This document shows positions 37,785 to 46,962 of a stretch of DNA of 64,000 nucleotides, piece after piece (position 1 is the first letter of the stretch; each line of letters begins with the position of its first letter). The translations under genes were made by a program, and so were the position numbers. The DNA lies in IMG/VR virus record IMGVR_UViG_3300033121_001840, positions 17,652 to 81,651 of that record. One strand, given 5' to 3'. Below the pieces are notes generated by a model that saw nothing but the letters and a program-made list of their open reading frames with translations, was not told where the DNA came from and did not search any database. Source of the DNA: a virus.

Positions 37785-38422
37785 TGACCGAACGAAAAAT
37801 TATTTGGTTGAAATGGGTTGACCCTCTTGCGACGATGATATATCGAGAAGAAACCGAAGATGAAATGTTAAAACGAGCTTCTCAAGACACCTATCTTGAA
37901 GACGATGATAATAAGCACGATAACGAACACGTCAAAGCATCAAATTTAGGGCCATGTGTAGTAGGCCCAAACGGTATCATTCCGATTCACGAATCAAATC
38001 TACCAGGAAAACTATTTAATTTTTGGATGATGCACACAAATTTTGACTTATCTTCTGAATCATCAAATGGCACACGATTCATCGACATAATTTCCGGCGT
38101 TGATGGCGTTGAAACTATTGACCCATTCACTCGATACCGAGCAAGAATCGCTATTGGCAAGGGTTTTTCTCAAGAGGAAGTTAAGAAGAATATCGAAACT
38201 GTTATCTCGGATAAGACTGAGAGTGTTGAGATTCAAAATATTGCCGACAGATTTGCTGGTATTAAAAAATCATTAAGTGAAAAGTATAAACTCTGGGTAA
38301 TCTATCAAACCCCAGATGGGAACTTTGAATATTTTGGTGGAAACACAAATGATGAGATTGAAGCTAAAAGAAAAAGTTTTTTGTCTGGCGTACAAGCAAA
38401 AGAGGTTGCAAGGTCATGGTGA
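37784..38422 (+). CDS. Hypothetical protein
   Basis: 212-aa coupled ORF. Confidence 0.7.
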   Translation: MTERKIIWLKWVDPLATMIYREETEDEMLKRASQDTYLEDDDNKHDNEHVKASNLGPCVVGPNGIIPIHESNLPGKLFNFWMMHTNFDLSSESSNGTRFIDIISGVDGVETIDPFTRYRARIAIGKGFSQEEVKKNIETVISDKTESVEIQNIADRFAGIKKSLSEKYKLWVIYQTPDGNFEYFGGNTNDEIEAKRKSFLSGVQAKEVARSW

Positions 38423-38937
38423 AAGAAGGAAAGGTAATTTCGAATAAGGAATTCGAGGACGCTTTAGCAAACAAGGATAATGCAAGGCTGATAAATCACA
38501 TAACGAACCAGTATGCGAAGTTGCTAACTAAGGATGTGCGAAAAACGTGTGGTTTGTTTGCTTTATGGAGAGCGTTGCAGTCGTATGACCCGAGTTTTGG
38601 TCAGAAGTTTACAAGCTCATTATACAGGTTTGTTCATTGGGAATGTAGACGCGAGCTGGCTAATCAGGGAAATGTGCAGAGGAAGCATTCATTGAAAAGT
38701 GCGGTTAGTTCAGATGACTTGGCATCAATAGAAAACAAAGAGTTTTTGAACCATTTTATTGAACTCCTTCCTGCTAATAATCGCTCCATACTCAAAGCTT
38801 ACTATTATGACAATCTGTCGCTAATCGATATAGGTCGTGTTAACGGATACACAAAGGAGACCGCTCGAAAGCGTGTTAAAGAGGCTGTAGAAAAGTTGAA
38901 GGAAATTGTTAATAACAGCGACTACGTAAAGGTATAA
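38416..38937 (+). CDS. Sigma70-family sigma factor (regions 2 and 4)
   Basis: LWRALQSYDPSFGQKFTSSL; LSLIDIG...TKETARKRVKEA. Confidence 0.8.
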   Translation: MVKEGKVISNKEFEDALANKDNARLINHITNQYAKLLTKDVRKTCGLFALWRALQSYDPSFGQKFTSSLYRFVHWECRRELANQGNVQRKHSLKSAVSSDDLASIENKEFLNHFIELLPANNRSILKAYYYDNLSLIDIGRVNGYTKETARKRVKEAVEKLKEIVNNSDYVKV

Positions 38938-38980
38938 TAGAATAGTAACTAAAAAACTGTTTTTTTTTGGAGATTTAACG

Positions 38981-39220
38981 ATGAACGTTTATGCTGACCC
39001 GATGCCCACACCGATGCCTCCTTTTTCACTGTCCGACTTGCAAAAGTTTTTGAGTGGAGCTGAGGCGTTCTTGGAAATTTTGGCCAAGGTTCTGATGACA
39101 ATTCCAGCTGCTGCACCGTTCGCTGCGATTCTTCAGGTTCTCATGACGATTCTTAAATTGTTTATAAATGACCCGTCAAAGAAAACTGAGTTGCTGGCTG
39201 CGATGAACGCATTCGCGTAA
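38981..39220 (+). CDS. Small membrane protein
   Basis: Hydrophobic helices; GGAG RBS. Confidence 0.6.
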   Translation: MNVYADPMPTPMPPFSLSDLQKFLSGAEAFLEILAKVLMTIPAAAPFAAILQVLMTILKLFINDPSKKTELLAAMNAFA

Positions 39221-39228
39221 ATGAATCA

Positions 39229-39340
39229 CATCCGTCGCAAAAATTTAACTAAACCCGTTAATCTTTTAGATTCGGGCAAGCGGAGGTGTTAAATTGACGG
39301 ATGCTTACCTCGCAAGAGGGATACTATAAAACCTCCGCTT
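39229..39340 (+). ncRNA. Pseudoknotted intergenic RNA element
   Basis: CATCCGTC/GACGGATG and AATTTAAC/GTTAAATT stems crossed by a 10-bp AAGCGGAGGT/ACCTCCGCTT pairing. Confidence 0.55.
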
Positions 39341-39369
39341 TTTTATTACACGTAAAGTAGGGATTTGAT

Positions 39370-40206
39370 ATGTTGAAGACAAAAGGTATCCTTTCGGTTG
39401 TGTTGTTTTTTGTTCTATCCACTTTTGCGACAGCAACCGATTTTGAAGTACCATCTCAGACTCTAAGTGGCCACCTCGCACCAGTTGAAACTGGAGATTT
39501 AGTTGAGCTATCAATAACTCCTATTAAAGAAGACGTTAAAAAGCTCAATTTATCTGGTGTGTCATATCAATGGAGAGTCTTTGAATTTAATGGCTCTGAA
39601 ATTAAAGACAAGAGATTTCGCCAGGACACCTCCGATAACGGCAGAGCAATTTTCTTTGGTGCCGGAAATAAAGACAAAAAATTCTACGTTGAATGTTACG
39701 TTACCTATCTTTATGTAGTGAAAACAAATAATGTCATCACAGAAGTTGGTACTCGTAATCAGCTTTTTTCGGGTGTGGTAACAGTCGGCTCGCCTGAACC
39801 AATTCCTGTGCCGCCTGACCCTAAACCTCCGACCCCAATTCCTACTCCATCATTTCCTGACGGTAAGTACAAATTATCTAAATTTGTTTTTGAAACTGCA
39901 ATTGTCAAAGTCGATAAAGCAAATAGGGAAAAAGCAGCTACAGCCATATCACATTCATTTCTTAATATCATTAATGATATTGATGCTAAAAAAATAATCG
40001 ACCCAAAAACTATTTTGGTTAAAACCTCCGAATCAAATCGCAAGGCTCTGTTAGATGTTGGTGTTGATGGTAAGATTTGGGACGCTTTCTTTGTTGCTCT
40101 TCAGGATAATATTTATGACAAGTACGAGCGATTTGAAATGAAGGATGCAGCGGATTTTAGGACTGCTTGGGCTGAGATTGCAGTTGGATTGAGCCAGGTG
40201 AAATAA
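39370..40206 (+). CDS. Secreted protein with Pro-rich linker
   Basis: Signal peptide; PEPIPVPPDPKPPTPIPTP linker. Confidence 0.75.
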   Translation: MLKTKGILSVVLFFVLSTFATATDFEVPSQTLSGHLAPVETGDLVELSITPIKEDVKKLNLSGVSYQWRVFEFNGSEIKDKRFRQDTSDNGRAIFFGAGNKDKKFYVECYVTYLYVVKTNNVITEVGTRNQLFSGVVTVGSPEPIPVPPDPKPPTPIPTPSFPDGKYKLSKFVFETAIVKVDKANREKAATAISHSFLNIINDIDAKKIIDPKTILVKTSESNRKALLDVGVDGKIWDAFFVALQDNIYDKYERFEMKDAADFRTAWAEIAVGLSQVK

Positions 40207-40928
40207 TGCCTGGTCAAGTATTTAACTTAACCAAAGAGTTTTTGATTGAACAATATGTTAATCAAAAGAAATCTGCGGAAAAAATAGCTGGTGAAATTGG
40301 TTGTGCAAAAATAACCGTATTAAGAACCCTGAAACATTTCAATATAAAACGTAAAAATAAACGAGAGAAGTCTAATGAACGTATCTTACAACAACGTTTT
40401 GGGTTTTTAGTTGCTACGGAATATTGTGGTAAAGATAAAAATAGCTGGTTTCTGTGGAAATGTCGATGTGATTGTGGGGGAAGTATTAAGGTGGCTACAA
40501 CCAATTTATTAAAAGGTGCCGTGAAATGCTGCGGATGTGGCCTAACTAAACGTGGAAAATATATTGGTTACGTTAGCGGGAGAATGTGGTGTCAAATTAA
40601 AAGATGTGCCATGGTAAGAGAGTTAAAATTTGACATTACCCAAGATTATATAAATCAACTGTTTATTCAACAAAATTTTCGCTGCGCTTTAACTGGTGAA
40701 GAGATATGTCTTCCAGAGAATACAAAACAATGGAGAGAGGGAAGATATAACGCCTCACTGGATAGGATTGATTCAAGTATCGGTTATGTGGTTGGAAATG
40801 TCCAATGGGTTACAAAAAAGGCTAATCTAATGAAGATGCAATTATCTCAAGATGAGTTTGTGTCAATATGTCACAAGGTTTCAAATTATAGCAAGAGACA
40901 GACGTGGGTACAGGCAATATCGATTTAA
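40206..40928 (+). CDS. Homing-endonuclease-like protein
   Basis: WKCRCDCG, CALTG, ASLDRIDSSIGY..GNVQWV...N.MK. Confidence 0.75.
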   Translation: MPGQVFNLTKEFLIEQYVNQKKSAEKIAGEIGCAKITVLRTLKHFNIKRKNKREKSNERILQQRFGFLVATEYCGKDKNSWFLWKCRCDCGGSIKVATTNLLKGAVKCCGCGLTKRGKYIGYVSGRMWCQIKRCAMVRELKFDITQDYINQLFIQQNFRCALTGEEICLPENTKQWREGRYNASLDRIDSSIGYVVGNVQWVTKKANLMKMQLSQDEFVSICHKVSNYSKRQTWVQAISI

Positions 40929-40947
40929 TTAAATATAAGGTATAAAT

Positions 40948-41913
40948 ATGACAAGTTTTGCAGAACAGATTGCGAAAGATTATTCAAGGGGCGAGCTGCA
41001 AGGATGGCTTGAAACTCGACAACCAGGCATAGCAAAGCAACAATTCAACTTATTGAAAAATAGTTTTGTTCCATTTGCTATCAGGGGGCAATCTCAGGCT
41101 ACCGCTCAGAAAATGTTCTTACACTGGATTACAACAAAAGCGTTTGGTTGTAAGACCGCCGTGCCTGATTACATACCCCAGCAGACGGGCGACTGCGTAA
41201 GCTTTGGCATGAAACATGCGACTGAAGTTGTTTCTGCGGTGGAAATTTTTCAAGGCGGTCAGAGAGAAAAATGGAGGCCAATTTTTGCCCCATTTTATTA
41301 TGGGACTGGTCGTATATACGTGGGTCACTCTGGTGGCTGGAGTGCGGGTTCGTTAGGTTCGTGGATGGCAGAAGCCGTCCGTCTCTATGGAACGCTATTC
41401 TCAGATGAAAACGGAGTGCCTAAATACAGCGGAAGCATTGCTGATTCTTGGGGTGCCGCAGCAAGTAACGGTATAGATAAATGGAAAACATTCGCTAGTA
41501 GTTTTCCTGTTAAATCAATGGCTCAGATTAACTCCTGGGATGAGCTTGTTGCAGCTATTGCTAATGGTTATCCATGTACGACAGCTTCAGATGTTGGTTA
41601 CGCAATGGAAGCATCATCGGATGGTTTTTTTTCGCAAAATGATAGTTGGTCGCATCAAATGTGTTTTATTGGGGTAGATAATACTTACAAAAATGGCGAA
41701 GAGCCATATGCTTTGATTTTGAACAGTTGGGGCGAAGACGCCCACGGTCACCTCAAAGATTTTGAAACTGGCGACCCAATCCCAGGCGGAATTCTCCGTG
41801 TTCGACGTAAAGACGCGGAAAAACATATTCGAGCTGGCGAAACCTATGCTGCGTCTAATTTCATTGGCTTCCCCGAGCAAAAACTCGATAAGTCGTTGTT
41901 CAAATTGATTTAA
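40948..41913 (+). CDS. Papain-like (C1) cysteine peptidase
   Basis: QQTGDCVS (Cys), WSHQM (His), NSWG (Asn). Confidence 0.8.
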   Translation: MTSFAEQIAKDYSRGELQGWLETRQPGIAKQQFNLLKNSFVPFAIRGQSQATAQKMFLHWITTKAFGCKTAVPDYIPQQTGDCVSFGMKHATEVVSAVEIFQGGQREKWRPIFAPFYYGTGRIYVGHSGGWSAGSLGSWMAEAVRLYGTLFSDENGVPKYSGSIADSWGAAASNGIDKWKTFASSFPVKSMAQINSWDELVAAIANGYPCTTASDVGYAMEASSDGFFSQNDSWSHQMCFIGVDNTYKNGEEPYALILNSWGEDAHGHLKDFETGDPIPGGILRVRRKDAEKHIRAGETYAASNFIGFPEQKLDKSLFKLI

Positions 41914-41922
41914 GGTGAGAAA

Positions 41923-42330
41923 ATGAAAAAACTTTCTCTGTTTTTAATTCTGATGACCTTCCCCTTCCTGCTAACTGAACCATCGCAGTCATCGGATAAA
42001 CTCACCAAGGCTACAGACGATTACTGCTATTTGAGAGCCCGAGCTGTTAAGGAAAACAAACTTCTTTTTGTTTGGGTTAAATCTATTCCTCGACGGTTTC
42101 CAGGCTGTATTCATTGGGAAACTGACGAGGATGCTCATTTTGGAGTTACTGGGCCTGGCCTGGTTGTTGGTGTACCGTTTAAGGGTGATTTATACGCTCT
42201 TTATTTTTCTTACTCGATAACAAAAGCTGAGGTTGACAATGAAGTTAAATCGTCAATTGAAAAATGGAGTAAAGTCACCCAACTGTCCGATTCTGTCGAA
42301 CCGAGCAGAGGGCAATTCTGCCCAACCTGA
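41923..42330 (+). CDS. Secreted hypothetical protein
   Basis: Signal peptide. Confidence 0.6.
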   Translation: MKKLSLFLILMTFPFLLTEPSQSSDKLTKATDDYCYLRARAVKENKLLFVWVKSIPRRFPGCIHWETDEDAHFGVTGPGLVVGVPFKGDLYALYFSYSITKAEVDNEVKSSIEKWSKVTQLSDSVEPSRGQFCPT

Positions 42331-42366
42331 AGATAGTCCTTAACTGGTCGCCGTGAGCGACAAGGA

Positions 42367-43122
42367 ATGAAAATGAAAAAGTTTTTGTCTTTGATTGCCG
42401 CCCTTGCCTTTTTGAGTATGGCCTACGGAACCGTTCCCGAGAAATCTGTTGACGCCACTGTCATGGTAACAGCAGACGAGAATATAGGGACTGGCGTTGT
42501 ATTTCACAATGGGAAACGAACGTTTATTTGGACTGCCGCCCATGTTCTTACTGGCGATAGCCGAGACGTTACGCTAAAACAACCCATTGTGAAAGACGGA
42601 AAACATATCGGTGAAACCAACCATTGCGGTAAGATTATTCGTTTGTGCAGCAAGGGGGATATCGCGGTAATCGAGGCTAACGACAACACCTGGTTGAAAA
42701 CCAGCGTTAAATTCGCCCAAAAGAGACATGTGCCGAAAATTGGGTCTCACGTTTGGCACGTAGGGTCCATGCAGGGTGAGGCCGGAATAAGTTCTTTGTT
42801 TAAGGGATATATTTCGTTCAACGGTCGTACTATCGACAGCTATTATTTTGACCAAGTTCAGGTCACCGCTCATGTTGGCTGTTCTGGGGGCGGAATTTTC
42901 AACGCTGATAATGGCGAATGTATTGGGCTTATGGTGAGGTTTCTTATCTCCAGTAATCATACTCCTAATGCTATGTTGATTGTCCCAACACGTCGCCTCT
43001 GGGAATTTTCAAAAGAAAACGATTGCTTATGGGCAATGGATAATACGGTTGATGTGCCAAATGAAGTCCATTCGATTATCAACGGTGTGAGTAGCCAAAA
43101 GAAGATGCCGCCTGCAAAATAG
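42367..43122 (+). CDS. Secreted trypsin-like serine protease
   Basis: TAAHV, DIAVI, GCSGGG catalytic triad. Confidence 0.85.
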   Translation: MKMKKFLSLIAALAFLSMAYGTVPEKSVDATVMVTADENIGTGVVFHNGKRTFIWTAAHVLTGDSRDVTLKQPIVKDGKHIGETNHCGKIIRLCSKGDIAVIEANDNTWLKTSVKFAQKRHVPKIGSHVWHVGSMQGEAGISSLFKGYISFNGRTIDSYYFDQVQVTAHVGCSGGGIFNADNGECIGLMVRFLISSNHTPNAMLIVPTRRLWEFSKENDCLWAMDNTVDVPNEVHSIINGVSSQKKMPPAK

Positions 43123-43125
43123 GGC

Positions 43126-43153
43126 TTGACACAGGGACAGCCTATGTTATAAT
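43126..43153 (+). promoter_or_regulatory. Sigma70-type promoter followed by a leader hairpin
   Basis: TTGACA-16-TATAAT; GAGAGAGCGTG/CACGCTCTCTC hairpin immediately downstream. Confidence 0.75.
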
Positions 43154-43200
43154 GAGAGAGCGTGGATAGCACGCTCTCTCTTATTAGCAGGAAAGCATAT

Positions 43201-43566
43201 ATGAAGCCATTTCTTCATGCAAAATCTTCGGCTCGTAAGTTCGGAGGCAAAGCCTCCGACTATCTTTCTATCCATGACTTCATGGACTCTTCTAAATCAA
43301 GTCACGCCTCGGTGAAACATCGAGCCATTCTTCATAGTGCCTTCGGGATATTTATCGCGGAAAAGGTTTTTGGACACAACATCGTCAATAGCGATGGCAA
43401 AGACGTTTCCGTTCGAGATGTGGCCGAGCAGCACGTTTTAGAAGACTTAGGTACTATTCCGAGTCTTGATGATTGGTTGAACGCAATGGAGCTACAAGCT
43501 TGGATGGGTGGCCCTTCCAAGAAGAAAACTATTATTAAGACGGAGGGTGAACCGTGGTACGACTAA
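43201..43566 (+). CDS. DUF6915-like protein
   Basis: HAKSSARKFGG..DY..IHDFMDSSK..HRAILHS..EQHVLED. Confidence 0.7.
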   Translation: MKPFLHAKSSARKFGGKASDYLSIHDFMDSSKSSHASVKHRAILHSAFGIFIAEKVFGHNIVNSDGKDVSVRDVAEQHVLEDLGTIPSLDDWLNAMELQAWMGGPSKKKTIIKTEGEPWYD

Positions 43567-43988
43567 AAGATAGAATTGAAGAGATTAATAAAAAGAAAAA
43601 AGAACAACTAGAGCAACAATTGTCCGAAGACAAAAAGACGTTTTTCGAATTTGTAAAAACGTTTTTTGAAGAACATTCTGAAGTCACTGCAATTCGCTGG
43701 AGGCAATACACTCCAAGTTTTAACGATGGTGACCCATGTGAGTTTACCGTTGGCTGTTTGTATGCTGCTGTCGAGCCATTGAGGGAATTGCAAGAAATCG
43801 GTGATTACGATGATGGGTTTCTGGATTCTTATGAATTAAGAGAGAATGAGAAGCTTAGAGAAGATATGAACTGTATTGAATCGTTCATGAGAAACGCAGA
43901 AGTGTTTTTGGAAAATCAGTTTGGTAATTGTGTGTGCGTGACTATTGAGAGAGGTAAGGAACCTTATACTAAAGAATACTATTGTTAG
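43554..43988 (+). CDS. Hypothetical phage protein
   Basis: WRQYTPSFNDGDPCEF motif. Confidence 0.7.
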   Translation: MVRLKDRIEEINKKKKEQLEQQLSEDKKTFFEFVKTFFEEHSEVTAIRWRQYTPSFNDGDPCEFTVGCLYAAVEPLRELQEIGDYDDGFLDSYELRENEKLREDMNCIESFMRNAEVFLENQFGNCVCVTIERGKEPYTKEYYC

Positions 43989-44135
43989 CCGCCAAGGTAA
44001 AAGAATGTTTTTCATAGAATACCTTTTTTGTATAGCTAAAACGCTTTCGATTATCTTGGTCGGGTCGCTTATTATTTCGTGTATTCTTTTACCATTACTT
44101 GTTTACCTCGACGGATTTCTAAGGAAACATGACTT

Positions 44136-44573
44136 ATGAATTTTACCCCATGTCAGAAAATCAAACGAGAAATTCTTCTTCGTGCCTACCAAGTAATGAA
44201 CTTACTTCATTTCTCTATTAAAGACGAGAATGAAAAGCTGATTAGGTTCGAGGATATAACTCCAAAAAACATCGATTACGTTTACTCAGACCTTAATGAG
44301 CTGGACGAAGATTTTGTTCGTGAAGAAGAAGATATTTTTCGTACCACTGGTATAGAAACAGATATTCCACCAGAATGGTCTCGCCATTATTCGTCGAAAT
44401 CGGTCGCGAAGCAACTTAGTGACGGAACCTGGGTTGGATTTACGTGCTTTTTCGGCGGAGGTAAGCATGGATGTCCAGAGGAAATGAACTGGATGGAAGA
44501 TGCCTATTATCTTGAAGTAACTAAGACTGAAAGGTTGACTACCATAATGGAGTTTAAGAAAATTAATTCATGA
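44136..44573 (+). CDS. Hypothetical phage protein
   Basis: SRHY..VA..DGTWVG..GGGKHG motif. Confidence 0.7.
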   Translation: MNFTPCQKIKREILLRAYQVMNLLHFSIKDENEKLIRFEDITPKNIDYVYSDLNELDEDFVREEEDIFRTTGIETDIPPEWSRHYSSKSVAKQLSDGTWVGFTCFFGGGKHGCPEEMNWMEDAYYLEVTKTERLTTIMEFKKINS

Positions 44574-45193
44574 AAGAAAAAAGAAATAACAGGAAAGGGA
44601 CAACAAAAGCTCCTTTAAAATCTAATTTATGGTGCCGAAATTGTGGGGCAAGTTGGCAATATTTAGGTAAAACAGTTTTTACAAAATGTCCTTACTGCGA
44701 TAGAAAAATAGACGCTAGAAACAGAGCTGGAGAAAAAACTGCAAGTATCAATGACTCAAAGTCGTTTAAAAAGTGGTGTACTCCTGAGAATAAAGCAATT
44801 AGTTACAAGAAACATCGTGAGAGCTTAAAAAAACGAGCATATTTTAAGATTTGCGGCTCAGTGTTTCCATGCTGTGTTAGATGTGGTTGTGACGATGTTA
44901 GATTACTCGAAGTAAACCATAAGGTTCCATGCGGAAAGGGAAATAGGCGGGCAGGACAAAATTTATTATGCGATGTTGTTAGTGGTAAGTTACCAGTCGA
45001 TAATCTTGAGATTCTTTGTAGACCATGTAACGCCATTCATTGGCTTGAATATAAACTTGGCGAGTTATTACCTATTAAAGTTATTTGGAAAAATAAAAAC
45101 GTTATTCCAAAACACGAAGTTCCTTACTGTTCCATTCCCAAAGGAACATTGAAAGTTTGGGCTATTGAACCGGAACTTGATTATTGTATTTAG
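44570..45193 (+). CDS. HNH-type endonuclease
   Basis: CVRCG..LEVNH..LCRPCNAIH. Confidence 0.7.
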   Translation: MKEKRNNRKGTTKAPLKSNLWCRNCGASWQYLGKTVFTKCPYCDRKIDARNRAGEKTASINDSKSFKKWCTPENKAISYKKHRESLKKRAYFKICGSVFPCCVRCGCDDVRLLEVNHKVPCGKGNRRAGQNLLCDVVSGKLPVDNLEILCRPCNAIHWLEYKLGELLPIKVIWKNKNVIPKHEVPYCSIPKGTLKVWAIEPELDYCI

Positions 45194-45206
45194 TTAGGAG
45201 ATAGGT

Positions 45207-45857
45207 ATGAATCGAAGAGACTTTCTTAAACTAGCTTCGGCCACTACTGCCGCTGCTATGTTACCAAGCGTCAGCTTCGCTGATGAACGCACGCTTTCGG
45301 AAGAAAGCAACTGGATTAAGGTGCAACTTCCGTCATATCAAAACGATGGTATCGCAACGGTATCCGTTAGTAGTATTTTTGGGAATTCGCTTGAAATTCC
45401 GTTAAATGGACCTACAGAGTCTTTCGCTCTTAGTGTTTTGAAAAACAGAATCTCTGAGGTTGAGCCAAAAGATTGTCTTAAGTATGAAATTTGGTCTCAA
45501 GACAAAGTCGGTTTACTTGTTTGTTCGAGTGAAATGTTTAGGAGTAACATCCAACTAAAACACTTTTCTCATTGTCCAGCTAAATTTGAGCATTCATATA
45601 TAGTCAACGGCAGGACAGAGCCAGTAACCTTTTCTTTTGTTAGAGATGACTGTGACCCTCGTTTTGGTCGCCCGTACGCCAGAATACCTGGAAATATCTT
45701 TGAAGCGTTATCAGGGTATGAATATTGGCTTGAATGCTCTTATTCTCCTGTTGGAACAAATAGAAAAGAATATGTTGGGCCAGTATTTGCGTCTTATCGT
45801 TCGGAAGAGGCAGCAATGCTCGACCTAATTCAAGCTAAACATAAGGCAGGGTTATAA
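45207..45857 (+). CDS. Tat-signal secreted protein
   Basis: MNRRDFLK twin-arginine signal. Confidence 0.7.
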   Translation: MNRRDFLKLASATTAAAMLPSVSFADERTLSEESNWIKVQLPSYQNDGIATVSVSSIFGNSLEIPLNGPTESFALSVLKNRISEVEPKDCLKYEIWSQDKVGLLVCSSEMFRSNIQLKHFSHCPAKFEHSYIVNGRTEPVTFSFVRDDCDPRFGRPYARIPGNIFEALSGYEYWLECSYSPVGTNRKEYVGPVFASYRSEEAAMLDLIQAKHKAGL

Positions 45858-45860
45858 AAA

Positions 45861-46454
45861 ATGTTTTTTGATTATATTTGGAATCTATTTGCAGAGAAGG
45901 TAAAAGTAGAGGAACGGATACCGGAACTTGGAATTCTGCGTGCCGGAATCTTAAAGCAAATGTCTGAGTGGGATACTCAAGACGAAGGTCGCGGACAAGA
46001 ATACTGGGACCGCTTCTTCCTCGGGCTCGCCAAGTATGTAGCCACAGCCTCGAAAGACCCAAGTACGAAGGTTGGGGCTGTTATTGTGGACCAGGACCGG
46101 CGTATTGTGTCTCTTGGTTACAACGGGTTTCCTAAGCACGTTAAGGACTCGCCCGAGCGATATGCCGACCGAGACCAGAAGCTCAAGTTCGTCGTTCATG
46201 CAGAAACCAATGCTGTGCTATTCGCTAAACGGTCGTTAGAAGGTTGCACAATCTACACATACCCAATCCCTTCCTGCTCACGTTGTTCCTCGATGATTAT
46301 CAACACTGGTATAACAAGGTGTGTTGCTCCTCCGATGTCAGATGAATTAAAAGCTCGTTGGGGCGAAGATATTGAGTTTTCCAAAACAATGTTTTTTGAA
46401 GCTGGCGTTCAATTCGATATAGTAGACTTTGATGAACAAAAAGATTTATCGTGA
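45861..46454 (+). CDS. dCMP deaminase
   Basis: SKDPSTKVGA, GYNG, HAE, CSRC. Confidence 0.9.
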   Translation: MFFDYIWNLFAEKVKVEERIPELGILRAGILKQMSEWDTQDEGRGQEYWDRFFLGLAKYVATASKDPSTKVGAVIVDQDRRIVSLGYNGFPKHVKDSPERYADRDQKLKFVVHAETNAVLFAKRSLEGCTIYTYPIPSCSRCSSMIINTGITRCVAPPMSDELKARWGEDIEFSKTMFFEAGVQFDIVDFDEQKDLS

Positions 46455-46962
46455 CTTATCGCACTTAGCCAACATACTCCACAAGCACAAAAACGAACTC
46501 GCCGAAGCGTACAGAATCAATTATAAAATTATCTGTACGTCAATTCCAGGTGACCCTATCCATGTCGGTCACCTTTCAATTTTAAATGAATCCGCCAAGC
46601 TCGGCCAAGTGCTGGTTGTGTTGGTTAATTCCGACCGCTTCCTTTTGGCAAAAAAGGGGTATGTGTTTATGCCAATGGAAGAGCGGTTAGAACTGATGGC
46701 CGGTTTTGAAGCAGTGGATTTTGTTGTTCCGTGGGACGACGGCTCACAATTCGTAGATAGTGCTTTGGAGATATTGAAGCCTGACGTTTTCACTAAAGGT
46801 GGAGATAGAAGCACTTTAGATGCGGTTGCTGAAAAAGAAAAATTCGTTTGCGAAAAACTGGGTATACAGCTAATTCTTGGAGTTGGCGGAAGAGAAAAAG
46901 TTCAGTCTTCGTCGCTTTTAGTTGAAGAAGCGGCAAATAAATTAAAACAAATAAAGGGTTGA
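46429..46962 (+). CDS. Cytidylyltransferase-family nucleotidyltransferase
   Basis: DPIHVGH, VNSD, KGGD, SSS; start uncertain. Confidence 0.85.
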   Translation: MMNKKIYRDLSHLANILHKHKNELAEAYRINYKIICTSIPGDPIHVGHLSILNESAKLGQVLVVLVNSDRFLLAKKGYVFMPMEERLELMAGFEAVDFVVPWDDGSQFVDSALEILKPDVFTKGGDRSTLDAVAEKEKFVCEKLGIQLILGVGGREKVQSSSLLVEEAANKLKQIKG

